DNA of 64,000 nucleotides. It comes from Octopus vulgaris (Eukaryota). The stretch covers positions 36,270,001-36,334,000 of the forward strand of contig OX597830.1 of assembly GCA_951406725.2 (NCBI GenBank), given 5' to 3'. The notes below the pieces were generated by a model that did not search any database, had not been told where the DNA came from, and was given only the letters and a program-made list of their open reading frames with translations. The translations under genes were made by a program, and so were the position numbers. Of the stretch, positions 43,303 to 55,267 are shown piece by piece; the first letter of the stretch is position 1; each line of letters opens with the position of its first letter.

Positions 43303-43346
43303 TTAAAAATTGTATAATACAGCAGCATTTTCGAACTTCATTTTTT

Positions 43347-43396
<50 letters not shown>

Positions 43397-43577
43397 GAAG
43401 ACACTTGCCCAAGATGCTACGCAGTGGCACTGAACCTGGAACCATTTGTTTGGTAAGCAAGCGACTTACGACACAATCAAGCTGAATTAGTTACGTAAAT
43501 TGAGGCACCAAGTCCGTCCGGTATTATTCGCACACCACAAAGTAAGATGAATAAAAAGCAAATAAGTGACTAGGATG

Positions 43578-43683
43578 TCAAGGTATCAGTGCATTACGGT
43601 CGTTTCAGACGGCAGCATCTACTGCTTGCATTGTTCGGCTACATGGAGCCACCTGAAACGGCCATAATGCACTAATACCTTGA
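43578..43683. repeat. Imperfect 36 bp inverted repeat (MITE-like hairpin)
   Basis: tcaaggtatcagtgcattacggtcgtttcagacggc / gccacctgaaacggccataatgcactaataccttga. Confidence 0.7.
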
Positions 43684-43716
43684 TGTCTTTGTTATTTGTT
43701 TTATATATATATATAC

Positions 43717-44092
43717 GCGCAGGCATGACTGTGTGGTAAGAAGTTTGCTTACCAACCACCTGATTCGCGGTTCAGGCCCACTGTATGGTACCTTGGGCAA
43801 GTACCTTCTACTATAGCCTCAACCCGACCAAGACCTTGGGTGTTGATTTGGTAGACGGAAACTGAACTATGTGTGTGTGATTTGTGTCTGTGTGTATCCC
43901 CTCACCATCGATTGACAACCGGTGATGACGTGTTTACGCCCTTGTTACTTAACGGTTCAGCAAAAGAGACCGATAAGACAAGATACGGGCTTTTAAAACA
44001 TATAAGTAATGGGGTCGATACATTCGAGTAAAAATTCTTCAAGGCGATGCCCCAGCATGGCCGCAGACAAATTACTGAAACAAGTAAAAGAA
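43717..44092 (+). mobile_element. SINE family B
   Basis: Head, CORE-like block and tail present. Confidence 0.82.
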
Positions 44093-44593
44093 TTTTTAAA
44101 ATGGCGTTCTTCCGCTCAACTTCCATCAACCGATTTCACTCATAAAGCGCTGCTTACCTGCAGGTTATAATGCACAAGGCATTTACATAAGATGCTGGGC
44201 TGAAGAACCGACCCCGAAGAAGCATGGTAGAGATGTGAACTCTCAAACTGCATAACCATGCCTTTATCTATCTCACAGATATTTCTTCCGGACTTCTCTT
44301 TTCTTCTTTTCCAATTCGAACTTTCCATTTCAATGGAAATTTTCACAGCGCCATCTAGTGAGTGTTGGGAGAGCGATGGATGAAGCCATTTTGGTGCATA
44401 TTGGTGTGGGGTTTCCTTTGTGTTGGGGTCATTCAGGAGAAACTGAGAAATGGTGGAAAACCAGACGTTCTTTAAGTAATTTAATCAAAGTGAAACTGAG
44501 ACTAAAGAGTACGTGCTGCAATCAATGAACCGTATTTGGACAAATAATTAATGATGGCTTCTTAAAAACATTGGTGATAGGGGTGATTAACAA

Positions 44594-45600
44594 TGATGGC
44601 TGGTGGTGATGATTGTGGTGGTGGTGGTAGTGGTGGTGGTGGTGGTGGTGGTGGTGGTGGTGGTGGTGGTGGTGGTGGTGGTGGTGGTGGTGGTGGTGGT
44701 CGCGAGAATAGTAGAGGTAATGAAAGTGATAACAGTATTGTTAGTGGTAGTGGTGGTGGTGGTGGCGTTGGTTGTGGTGGTGGTGGTGGTGGTGGTAGTG
44801 GTGGTGGTGGCGGCGGCGTTGATTGTGGTGGTGGTGGTGGTTGTGGTGGTGGTGGTGGTGGTGGTGGTGGTGGTGGTGGTGGCGTTGGTGGTGGTGGTGG
44901 TGCTGGTGGTGGTGGTGGATGGTGGTGGTTGTGGTGGTGGATGGTGGCGTTGGTTGTGGTGGTGGTGGTGGTGGTGGTGGTGGTGGTGGTGGTTTTGGTG
45001 GTATGGTGGTTATGGTAATCTTATATGTTATGGACATTTATGGTGGACGTGATAATGCTGTCGTTGTTCTTCTAACTGATGATGATGTTTTGTTGTTGTT
45101 GTTGTTGTTGAGGATGACATTTTTATTGTTGCTTTTGTATGGTATTGGAGTTTTCGTTGTTGTTGCTGCTGTTTCTGTTGCTGCTGTTTAATATGATGAG
45201 CCGGAGGGGGAGGAAGAAGAAGAAGAAGAAGAAGAAGAAGAAGAAGAAGAAGAAGATGAAGAAGAAGAGGAGGAGGAGGAGGAGGAGGAGGAGGAGGAGG
45301 AGGAGGCGGATGGTGGATGTGATGATGTTTATGATGATGCTGATGGCAATTATGTTGGTGATGCTGATGGTGACGGTAATGACGATGATGATGGTGATGT
45401 GATGATGACGAAAATGAGGATGTGGGGGAGGAGGAGGAGGAAGAGGATGACTACGACGACGACGAGGAGGAGAAGGAAGGTGAGGGTAATTATGATTTTT
45501 TATGATGATGATAATGATGATTATTGTAATTATGATGATGACGATAGTAATTATGATGGTGATGGTGATGACGATGATGACGGTGATGATGATGATGATA
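44594..45600. repeat. (GGT)n, (GTT)n, (GAA)n, (GAG)n and (GAT)n compound repeat field
   Basis: Visible. Confidence 0.93.
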
Positions 45601-45767
45601 TTTCTGTAATTACTGTCGCTGTCGGTTGTTGATACCAAACACACATTTTCTAGCTTATCCATATTCTTGCATTGGAGCTCGGAATCACTACATTGTCAAA
45701 TCTACGGAAACACTCAGCACATATTTGCAATCATATTCTGTACGCTAACCAGTATATACATATACAA

Positions 45768-45829
<62 letters not shown>

Positions 45830-45924
45830 TCACATATATATATATATATAATATATATGCATGTACGTATACATATATATGTGTGTGTGTATATGCATAT
45901 ATAAATATATATATATACATACAC

Positions 45925-46187
45925 CGCTACTATTTTTTTTATCTCTCCTTCTTCCTAGCCCTCCTGTCTGAACCACCTCTGCCCGGCCTTCGCCATGATA
46001 GATCGCTAGCCACTATACATTTTTCTAGTTTCTAGTTTCTATTTTCTCCCCCTATTCATAACTGTGCTCCTTTCTGTCGAAGAGCGTAGGCTCGAAACGT
46101 AAAAGACTTTCTCACTTGCCGAGCGTGAAACTAATACATCTCTTTGTTGCTTACACACCCGTCTTTGTCTTTTGTTTTTTTGTAAAT

Positions 46188-46190
<3 letters not shown>
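45925..46190 (+). mobile_element. PLE-type terminal fragment in (TA)n with hammerhead-like motif at 46070-46105
   Basis: cttt CUGUCGAA gagc gtag gctc GAAAC GUA aaag (A6U variant, palindromic ACGU stem III). Confidence 0.65.
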
Positions 46191-46231
<41 letters not shown>

Positions 46232-46476
46232 CAGTAAATTTTTTAATTTGGTTAAGAGGAACACTTAACCCTAGCAGGCACCGTGCTCGCTCTTATCGGT
46301 TGACAGTGCTGGATAACCTCAGTAAATGTAGCTGAACTCCAGTGAGAGGAATTTACTATGCTCGGTAAATCTTCACTTTGGTAAATACAAATGTCTTTAT
46401 AAAAACTGCATAAAGACTTTATAAATTCTATATAATAAAACCTGGATACGTAAATCTCTATTCTCCTAATATTTAT

Positions 46477-46585
<109 letters not shown>

Positions 46586-46799
46586 TTATTGCTGTCTCCT
46601 TGTACTTCCTCTTACGCAATATCATTTATGACTCTCCATCCATGAGAGTCTCAGATGACTATTCAGTCCTGTTGCAGATCTTGGTTTAGAGTATAGGTGA
46701 CAGACGAAAGTTGTAGCTTACTGTGCGCTTCAAATTTGTTCAAATCTACACAATTCACCACTTTTCCATGGCTACAGGTCTTTCTGTAGATCGTATGAC

Positions 46800-47202
46800 A
46801 AATAATCTTTTCTATCCTAGGCACACGGCCGGAAATTTTGGGGAGAAAGCCAGTCGATTAGATCGACCGCAGTACACGATTGGTACTTAATTTATCGACC
46901 TCGAAAGGATGAAAGGCAAAATCGACCTCGGCAGAATTTGATCTCAGAACATAAAGACAGACGAAATACCTATTTCTTTATTACCCACAAGGGGCTAAAC
47001 ACAGAGAGGATAAACAAGGACAGACAAACGGATTAAGTCGATTATATCGACCTCAGTGTGTAACTGGTACTTATTTAATCGACCCCGAAAGGATGAAAAG
47101 CAAAGTCGACCTCGGCGGAATTTGAACTCAAAACGTAACGGCAGACGAAATACCGCTAAACATTTCACCCGGCGCGCTAACGTTTCTGTCAGCTGGCCGC
47201 TT
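46800..47202 (-). mobile_element. SINE family C dimer with two different tails
   Basis: Same junction aaagaaata|ggtatttcgtc as near 34541. Confidence 0.85.
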
Positions 47203-47633
47203 GTTTGAATGTCAAATAATGTCACTCTAAAGAGACATCTCTATGTCGTTGAATTATAATGATTAATACTTGTACAACACGGATATCACTCTCTGAGTCT
47301 CTGCGATTAGTACACAGTGATAGGCCGAAGTGATATGACCAATCATCTTGTGAAACAATAGGCTTTACGTAAGAGTAACCCCTCTTCTAGAAGGGTTCTG
47401 CGACAACTGTTAGGGATCCCTCACTCCCGGCAGATTTACTGTGCGCCCTGACCTCAAACCAGTGAATTTCTGCGTTCCCGTGCTCAGAATGTTATCACAC
47501 ATGCTAGTTAGCTAGACTCTGACATAGGTAAAACCTTGACGGGAGCTGCTGATCCGGGTCAGAGTAGACCTTGTAGCAATAGGGACTCAAAGATGGTTCC
47601 ACTCTGCTCAAAACCCTGGACCTATGGAACTTC

Positions 47634-47715
<82 letters not shown>

Positions 47716-49376
47716 GTTTCCATGTATGTAGGTATTTATGTATGTATGTAGTATGCATACATGTGTGTATATATATATATATATATTATATATATTAGTG
47801 TGTTTGCATGTATATAGGTATATATGTATACAGATAAGTAAATAGATTTAGTTATATATATATATAAACAGACATGGGGGTGCGGACGCGCACATATTAG
47901 TGTCATAGGTTTCTAATATGAATGGATATATGCGAAACAGCAATGAAACATTATTACCTGAAATAGTGAGCAATACCAACTATAGAGTAAATTACATATA
48001 TTTTATACAAGATGACATTAACTCATAAATTTCGACTTCCAGGCTTGACAAACAAGCCAACTAGACGAAACTTTTAAGCAAATGTTATTCTTATGCTACA
48101 TATACATGTGTGCGTGTATGCGTGTGTGTATACAAACATACTTGAATATGCATATACAGATAGAGCGACAGAGAGATGTTTTTATATGTCTATGCATAGA
48201 CCTTGTTTAATCTACATATCTCTCAAAATCTACTTATGTCAAAATCAATGCTGAAAATAATTTTTAGTCCTCCTTGGTAGATGCTTCCCAATAAACCATA
48301 AGTACCAGAAGTTATTCAATCGTAACACATTTAAGATAATCTACAGTTGTCCAATCGACAATTAAAATATCTAAACCATATATTAAAGATATATAATAAA
48401 AGTAGTGTCAAGTTGATTTTAAAGTTGTGCTTAAAACTTCGTTGCATCCATAACCAGTGTGAACGGATTCTGCAGTTTTGTGTAATTACAGCAAACCTTA
48501 GCACTACTCTTTCAACGATACGAGTTCTTCCAAAGAATCAGCTTATAAAGTTATAACCGCCTTCTCTGACAATACGGCTTGCTGAAAATCTAACAGTTAA
48601 ATACTGCGTCGTGAAAACCTCTCCACATAAGGGGGATCTTGCAACATATGCACATATTCAGACACTCAGAAAGATTTGCCTATTATAAAGCAAGCATCCT
48701 TCCTTCCATATTAATGTTCCAAACTGTGTAATCTCTGTTCGAACAGAGCTTATAGTAGATGTGTGAACAAATGTTGGAAAATACAAGCATTTCCATTACT
48801 ATTTATTGGAGAATTCCCATCTAACAACAGGTAAAACAGTTTATTTCCTGGTAATAGGTTTCATTTTTTTTTTCTAAAATGTGGGGATATAATAAAAACC
48901 ATTTCTTTGTTCATTGGTATTATCTGAGTGTCTTGATAACGTGTATTTTTTACGTATGATACTGAAGATTTCTCGACATCTCGTGACTTCGCATCCGAAG
49001 ACTTGACTATATGAAAAACTCAACGCGTAACAGTAGAGTGGCTCAATAATAGATGTATATGCTAAAGACGTTTCGACAACCACCCAAATTCCAATGTATT
49101 AGTAATTATATCATATATATTAAATATTTTCTTGCTGGTTCGCGAATACATCCAATGAACTAGACCAATGATAAGAGATATTCTAGACGTAGCTGCCCTG
49201 TCGTTCTATGTATAAGATAATTTACATTGTCCGACGTGTCATTTAATTTTTTTTTTTTTAAAGATCGCATTATCTGCTTTGATAGATATTTAAGTGGTAT
49301 TTTTATAGGGTCTAGTTACCATATACAGACGCCATTGTTGTCAGATATATATGTTTGTGTGTGTGTGTCTGTGTGT

Positions 49377-49408
<32 letters not shown>

Positions 49409-49432
49409 TTGTGCGCGTACATAATAAATAAT

Positions 49433-49466
<34 letters not shown>

Positions 49467-49517
49467 GTATATAAATATAAAATAGCGAGAGATATACACA
49501 TTCGCACACACATAAGC

Positions 49518-49560
<43 letters not shown>

Positions 49561-49733
49561 TATATATAAATACATAGAAATATATAGATCCATGAGCATA
49601 TTTCTGTACTTAGGTGTATGTATGTATGTATGTATGTATGTATGTATGTATGTATGTATGTATGTATGTATGCATGTATGTATGTATGTATGTATGTTTG
49701 TATGTATGTTTGTATGTATTTAGGTATACACAG

Positions 49734-49770
<37 letters not shown>

Positions 49771-50728
49771 AACCAATGATTCCAATCTGTGGCGATGTCA
49801 CGGAATTGCCACTGAAATTTCAGTAAATTTATTTGTAAATTTATTCATCTAAAATTCCGTATTGCTAATTAGCTTCAAATACTGAGTGAGATCGTTTAAT
49901 TATTCTAGCAGAAGTGAATTTGAACCTCTTTGCAATTTCTTCGCAACTAAATATAGCTCTTTTTGCATATTTGCATACAACCTTGCTTTTCTTGTGTTTT
50001 TTCTTTTCTTTTAGTCTTTATATTTTTTGATCTTTTGATATATTTTGAGTTTTACTCTGTATATGTATATATTTATTTATTATTTTTGTTTTTTTTTGCC
50101 TTTGTCTTTGCCCTCGCTTGTCTTCGATAATTATGTTTATCTCTTCTTCTAAACAGACAATTATAATGCAAATGAATATTTACACATTCTTACTTTGTTT
50201 TGCTTTTATTTATTTATTTATTTCTCTTTCTGTTTTGTTTTGTTTGTTTTTTTTTCATTATTCTTTGTGGTCTTTTGTTTCTTTTTCTATCCTATTATGT
50301 ATCATTTGATTTATTTTCAAATGAACTTCCAAATTTTCTGTTCAGTTTCGACAATTTATACATATGTGTCTTCGTATCTGTCTGCACTGAATGTGTGTGT
50401 GTGTGTGTGTGTGTCTCTGTGTGTGTGTGTGTTTGCATGCGTGCGTGTGTGTATATATGTATGTGACTATGTGAATATGTTTTTTAGGTGTATGTGTGAG
50501 CGTTGGTGACTCTCTGTGTGTGTGTGTCTGTGTGTGTGTGTGTGTGTGTGTACATATAGACACATACATGAACACGTGCTCATGACATGCAAGCATTTAT
50601 GTCTGAAAATATATGTATGTGTTTGCATTCCTGTGTGAGTATATATGTTGCTTATATACACGAACACACACACACATACATACATACATACATACATGCA
50701 TACATACATACATACATACATACATACA

Positions 50729-50762
<34 letters not shown>

Positions 50763-50836
50763 CATACATACATACATACATACATACATACATACATACA
50801 TACATACATACATACATACATACATACATACATACA

Positions 50837-50870
<34 letters not shown>

Positions 50871-51398
50871 CATACATATGTACATATATCTTTTTATAAT
50901 TAAAGTGCTTCTAATGTACATGTGTAATTGGAAACACGCGCATACATATAACTAAACGCACATAATATAAATATATATATATGTATGTATGTATATATAT
51001 ATATATATCCGTGTGTGTTTTTTTGTAATTGTATGTGTGCATACACATTCACTGTATATATATATATATATATTCAATGAGGTGTTTAGATACATGTTTC
51101 CTGCGTCAAGATTGCATATAAAGTGATGGGTACGGAATAAATTATTTCCTGTGCCAGACTTTTGTAAAACACGAATAATTATCTCTCTGTTCTTTTATTG
51201 TTCTTATAATTGCTGTTTAACTTTCTTATTATTTGCATTTTTGTTATTTTTGTTTAATTTGGTTGTTTGTTGTGTCAAATTACAAAACAATTTTCAATGG
51301 AAAAAATAAATTTGAAAGATTTCTACAATTTAACTCGTCTCAGTAAAATTTAAATCTTATACATCGCAAAGGAAGACTAAACCAGCTGTGCCTGCATA

Positions 51399-51435
<37 letters not shown>

Positions 51436-51761
51436 GTATGTACATATGTATATGTATGTGAGTATGTGTGCGCGTTAGTGTATGTGTGTATGTGTGCGAG
51501 TATACATTTTAATATACGTGTATATAGACATATATATACACAAATACATGTTTGTGTACGTACATAATATCTACATACAATTTATTTCTCTTTATCTCTC
51601 TTCATGTATATATGTGTGTGTGCATATAAGCATAATATATATATATATATACTTACATATAAATATATATACGTATATATATGTATTTATATATATATAT
51701 ATATATATATATCTTTATATATATGTGTACATATAAATATATATACATATATATATGTATT

Positions 51762-51795
<34 letters not shown>

Positions 51796-52535
51796 TATAT
51801 CACCATACATAGATATATGCATACATATTTATGTTATATACAAATCTTTGTAAACTTTTCGCCTATCATATACAGTTTGAGTGTTTTCATCTACTAACAA
51901 ATACATCACCAAGAAGATGCTTCAAAGTGGTGACTTGACTTGCTAAAAATAACGGTCAAATCTTCCACAAGTTCTTGCCTTCTCCTTCAAATAACGTAAA
52001 TAAGACAAATTATATTTGGCTCTACATACCTCTAAAATCAGGCTAGAAAGTGTTTGATGATTGGTGTTAGAGGGAATAAGTTTGACCTCAGCTTAAAACC
52101 CAACTTTACCCTTGTTCAAATATTAGAAATCTTTATTGTCGCTTCTTCGTGGGACGTCCACAGTCCACTAGGCCGGTTTTGTATTGAAACCTTCCGTGAT
52201 ACTGAGATGATGATAAGGAAACTGTGCTCTGACATCACAGGTTGTCGTTGTTGTTATTGCAGCTAATGTTGTTGATGATGCTGTTGTTGTTATTGTGTTG
52301 TAGCACTTGTTGTTTTTTTGCTATTGTTGTTGTTGTTTAGTCGTGAGTCGGCCATCCTGATGGTGCAGACTTTGTCAAGAAAAGGATTTCAACCACGTTC
52401 ATCCTATCTTTTTTTTATTTCTTACTATATCGTCCCTCGAACTACAATGTCAATTATTTTTTTTTAATTATTATTGTAAGTCAACACAACTACGTATATC
52501 CAAATAAGGTCGTGTTCCATTATATACAAAGATAA

Positions 52536-52775
52536 AGGCGGTGAGCTGGCAGAATCGTTAGCACGCTGGGCGAAATTCTTTTGAGCTATTTCGTCTACCG
52601 TTACGTTCTGAGTTCAAATTCCGCCGAGATCGACTTTGCCTTTCATCCTTTCGGGGTCGATTAAATAAGTACCAGTTACGCACTGGGGTTGATGTAATCG
52701 ACTTAATCCGTTTATCTGCCTATTTTTGTCCCCTCTATGTCTATGTATAACCCCCTGTGGGAAATAAAGAAATAA
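52536..52775 (+). mobile_element. SINE family C, full monomer
   Basis: aggcggtgagctggcagaatcgttagc...cccctgtgggaaataaagaaat. Confidence 0.87.
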
Positions 52776-52814
52776 TTATTTACAAAGATTAAGCTCTACT
52801 GATACGTTACAATA

Positions 52815-53158
52815 TGCGTGGCTGTGTGGTAAGAAGCTTGCTTCCCAATCACATGATTCAATGTTCAGCCCCATTGCGTACCACCTTGGGCAAGTAGCTT
52901 CTACTATAACCTATGGCAGACCAAAGCCTTCGGAGTGGATTTGGTAGCCGGAAACTAAAAGAAGCCCGTCATATGTGTTTGTGTCTGTGTTTGCCCCACC
53001 ACCACCACCAACACCGTTTGACGATCGGTGTTGGTGATTTTATGTCCCTGAAGCTTAGCAGTTCTGCAAAATGAGACCGATAGCACTGTGGTCGATACAT
53101 TCGAACAAAACCCTTCAAGGCGGTGTTCCAGCTTGGCCGCAGTCAAATGACTGAAACT
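52815..53158 (+). mobile_element. SINE family B
   Basis: Tail ggcggtgttccagcttggccgcagtcaaatgactgaaac. Confidence 0.83.
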
Positions 53159-53307
53159 GTTGGTATTGATACATCAATTACAAAGCTTTTTTTCTTGATG
53201 ATCTCTGACAAATATATCTGGCCTTTTGACTTTAATTTCTCTATCTGTGTGTATTGGTATATCCCATAGTATGGTTGCGTTCTCATTTTATTATTATTAT
53301 TATTATT

Positions 53308-53861
53308 GAGTGAGAGAGCAGTTCATGCCATCAAAGTGACACTGGGGTAAAATATACGAAGCCCAATATACCCATCATGACTACCCGTCTGATAAAGGTA
53401 CACCAGGCACATGCATCACAACCATATGTGCGCGACATGGTGATCTCATATCAAGATAAACAGCACATGACCTTGCAGGTGGGGCCCAGTTAGAATTTTC
53501 TTCAGGTTGAGTAGCCCATCCCGCTCAAACGGTCCCTGAATAAGGGTTGTTTAAGGATGTTGAAAGAACCACCCATGTTTCCAGAGGTGAACTATTCAAA
53601 CCCCAAAGAATCCCTCGCAACACATGGCTATGATGCTCCCCCACTACTTCTGCTCGTGATCAGAGATGCACATATCGTCAGCCACTAAGGGACATGCTCA
53701 ACTGGTTAAGGTCAAACAACTGACAAGCAAATCTGTGGTATTGAGCAGAATATTTGCTGTAGCCCATCTTTTATACCAAGACAAAACAATGTACATGATA
53801 ACACTTCCAATCAGTTAAGATCAGAAGCCATGAGAGCCACTGCCTGGTACTGCATCAGGGC

Positions 53862-53862
<1 letters not shown>
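53308..53862. mobile_element. 555 bp non-coding element between (TAT)n tracts
   Basis: Sharp boundaries; its first 15 nt recur exactly at 4308-4322, also within (TAT)n. Confidence 0.6.
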
Positions 53863-53946
<84 letters not shown>

Positions 53947-55167
53947 GTCTTTGCACAGCTTCTAACGCTGGACATGTGCTACGGTGCCAACTGTTCACTA
54001 TCAGTGAACTACGGTAACATCCTTTATTTTTCGAGCACCATCCGGAGTATTCAAGCGGTTCCAAGCAGTGCTGTTTTCTGCAAGTGCTCCACCCTTATTG
54101 CAGCCCCTATTTGTTCCATGTACTTCTCAAGATTTTTACTCACTGTTCCCAGGGCTCCGACAATTATTGGTACTACTACCACCTTTTTCAGCGACCACAA
54201 CTGCTTAACCTCCCAAGCTAACCTGTCATATCTATCGACTTTTCTTTCTTCCTTATCGCATACCTTGTTGTCAGCTGGAAATGCTATATCTATGATCCAG
54301 CATCGTTTGCTTTCTTTCTCAATTAACACTATGTCTGGTTTCCTATTCTCTATCTCATGGTCGCACTGAATCATAAAATCCATAGGATCTTTGCATTATC
54401 ATTTTCGATGATGCCTTCGGGTTTATGTTCGTACCACTTTTTGCTCTGTCAAGTCCATACTTGTTGCAAAGTGTCCAATGGACAATCCTTGCTATATTGT
54501 CATGACGTCTCTTATATTCTTTCTGGGCTAGTGGCGTACATTGACTGGTAATATGCCATACGGTTTCACCATTTTGTCCACAAATTCTGCACTTATCACT
54601 TTCTGATGTGTTGTCTATTCTGTATTTGATGTAATTGGTTCTTAATGCTTGCTCTTGGGCAGCACAGATTAGAGCCTCCGTTTCCGGTTTTAAATCACTT
54701 TTAGTCATCCATAGCCATCTTTTTTCTCTGTCTGTCTTATCTTCAACATCCCTATGAAATTGTCCATGCATTCTTTTCTTTATCCACCTATTTTCAGTTT
54801 CATTCATTCTCAAGTGCTTGTACAGTGCTTTATCTTTGCAATCTTCCATCCTACACAAGCCTGACCTTCTTACTTCCAATAATAGTGATTTTTTACATAC
54901 CATGCTATGTTGTTTTCTTCTGCTCTAATGCTGTGTTCGCATCCAATCAGTCCTCTTCCCCTTCTTTTTCTTGGTACATACAGTCTGTCTGTGTCACTTT
55001 TTGGGTGGAGTATCTATATCTAGTCAGCAACTTCATTGTCTTCCTGTCTAAGCTGTTTAGTTCGTCTATTGTTCATGCGATTACCCCTGCTCCATATCTA
55101 AGGAGTGAAACCACCCAGGTGTTGATAGCTTCAATCTTATTCCGTCCGTTTAATTTCGACATAAGGA
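53947..55167 (-). mobile_element. R4/Dong-like RLE retrotransposon, 3' part (frameshifted), runs into the gap
   Basis: TEALICAAQEQAL, CRICGQNGETVWHITSQC, RRHD, RKPDIVLIEK...IIDIAFP, LQKTALLGTA; 3' end on (TAA)n. Confidence 0.9.
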
Positions 55168-55267
55168 NNNNNNNNNNNNNNNNNNNNNNNNNNNNNNNNN
55201 NNNNNNNNNNNNNNNNNNNNNNNNNNNNNNNNNNNNNNNNNNNNNNNNNNNNNNNNNNNNNNNNNNN
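55168..55267. other. Assembly gap (100 N)
   Basis: Run of N. Confidence 1.

Larger units (their letters stand above)
40167..43350 (+). mobile_element. Penelope-like retroelement (Neptune type), 5'-truncated, in (TA)n
   Basis: RT + GIY-YIG ORF followed by about 1 kb pseudo-LTR; (TA)n on both sides. Confidence 0.93.
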
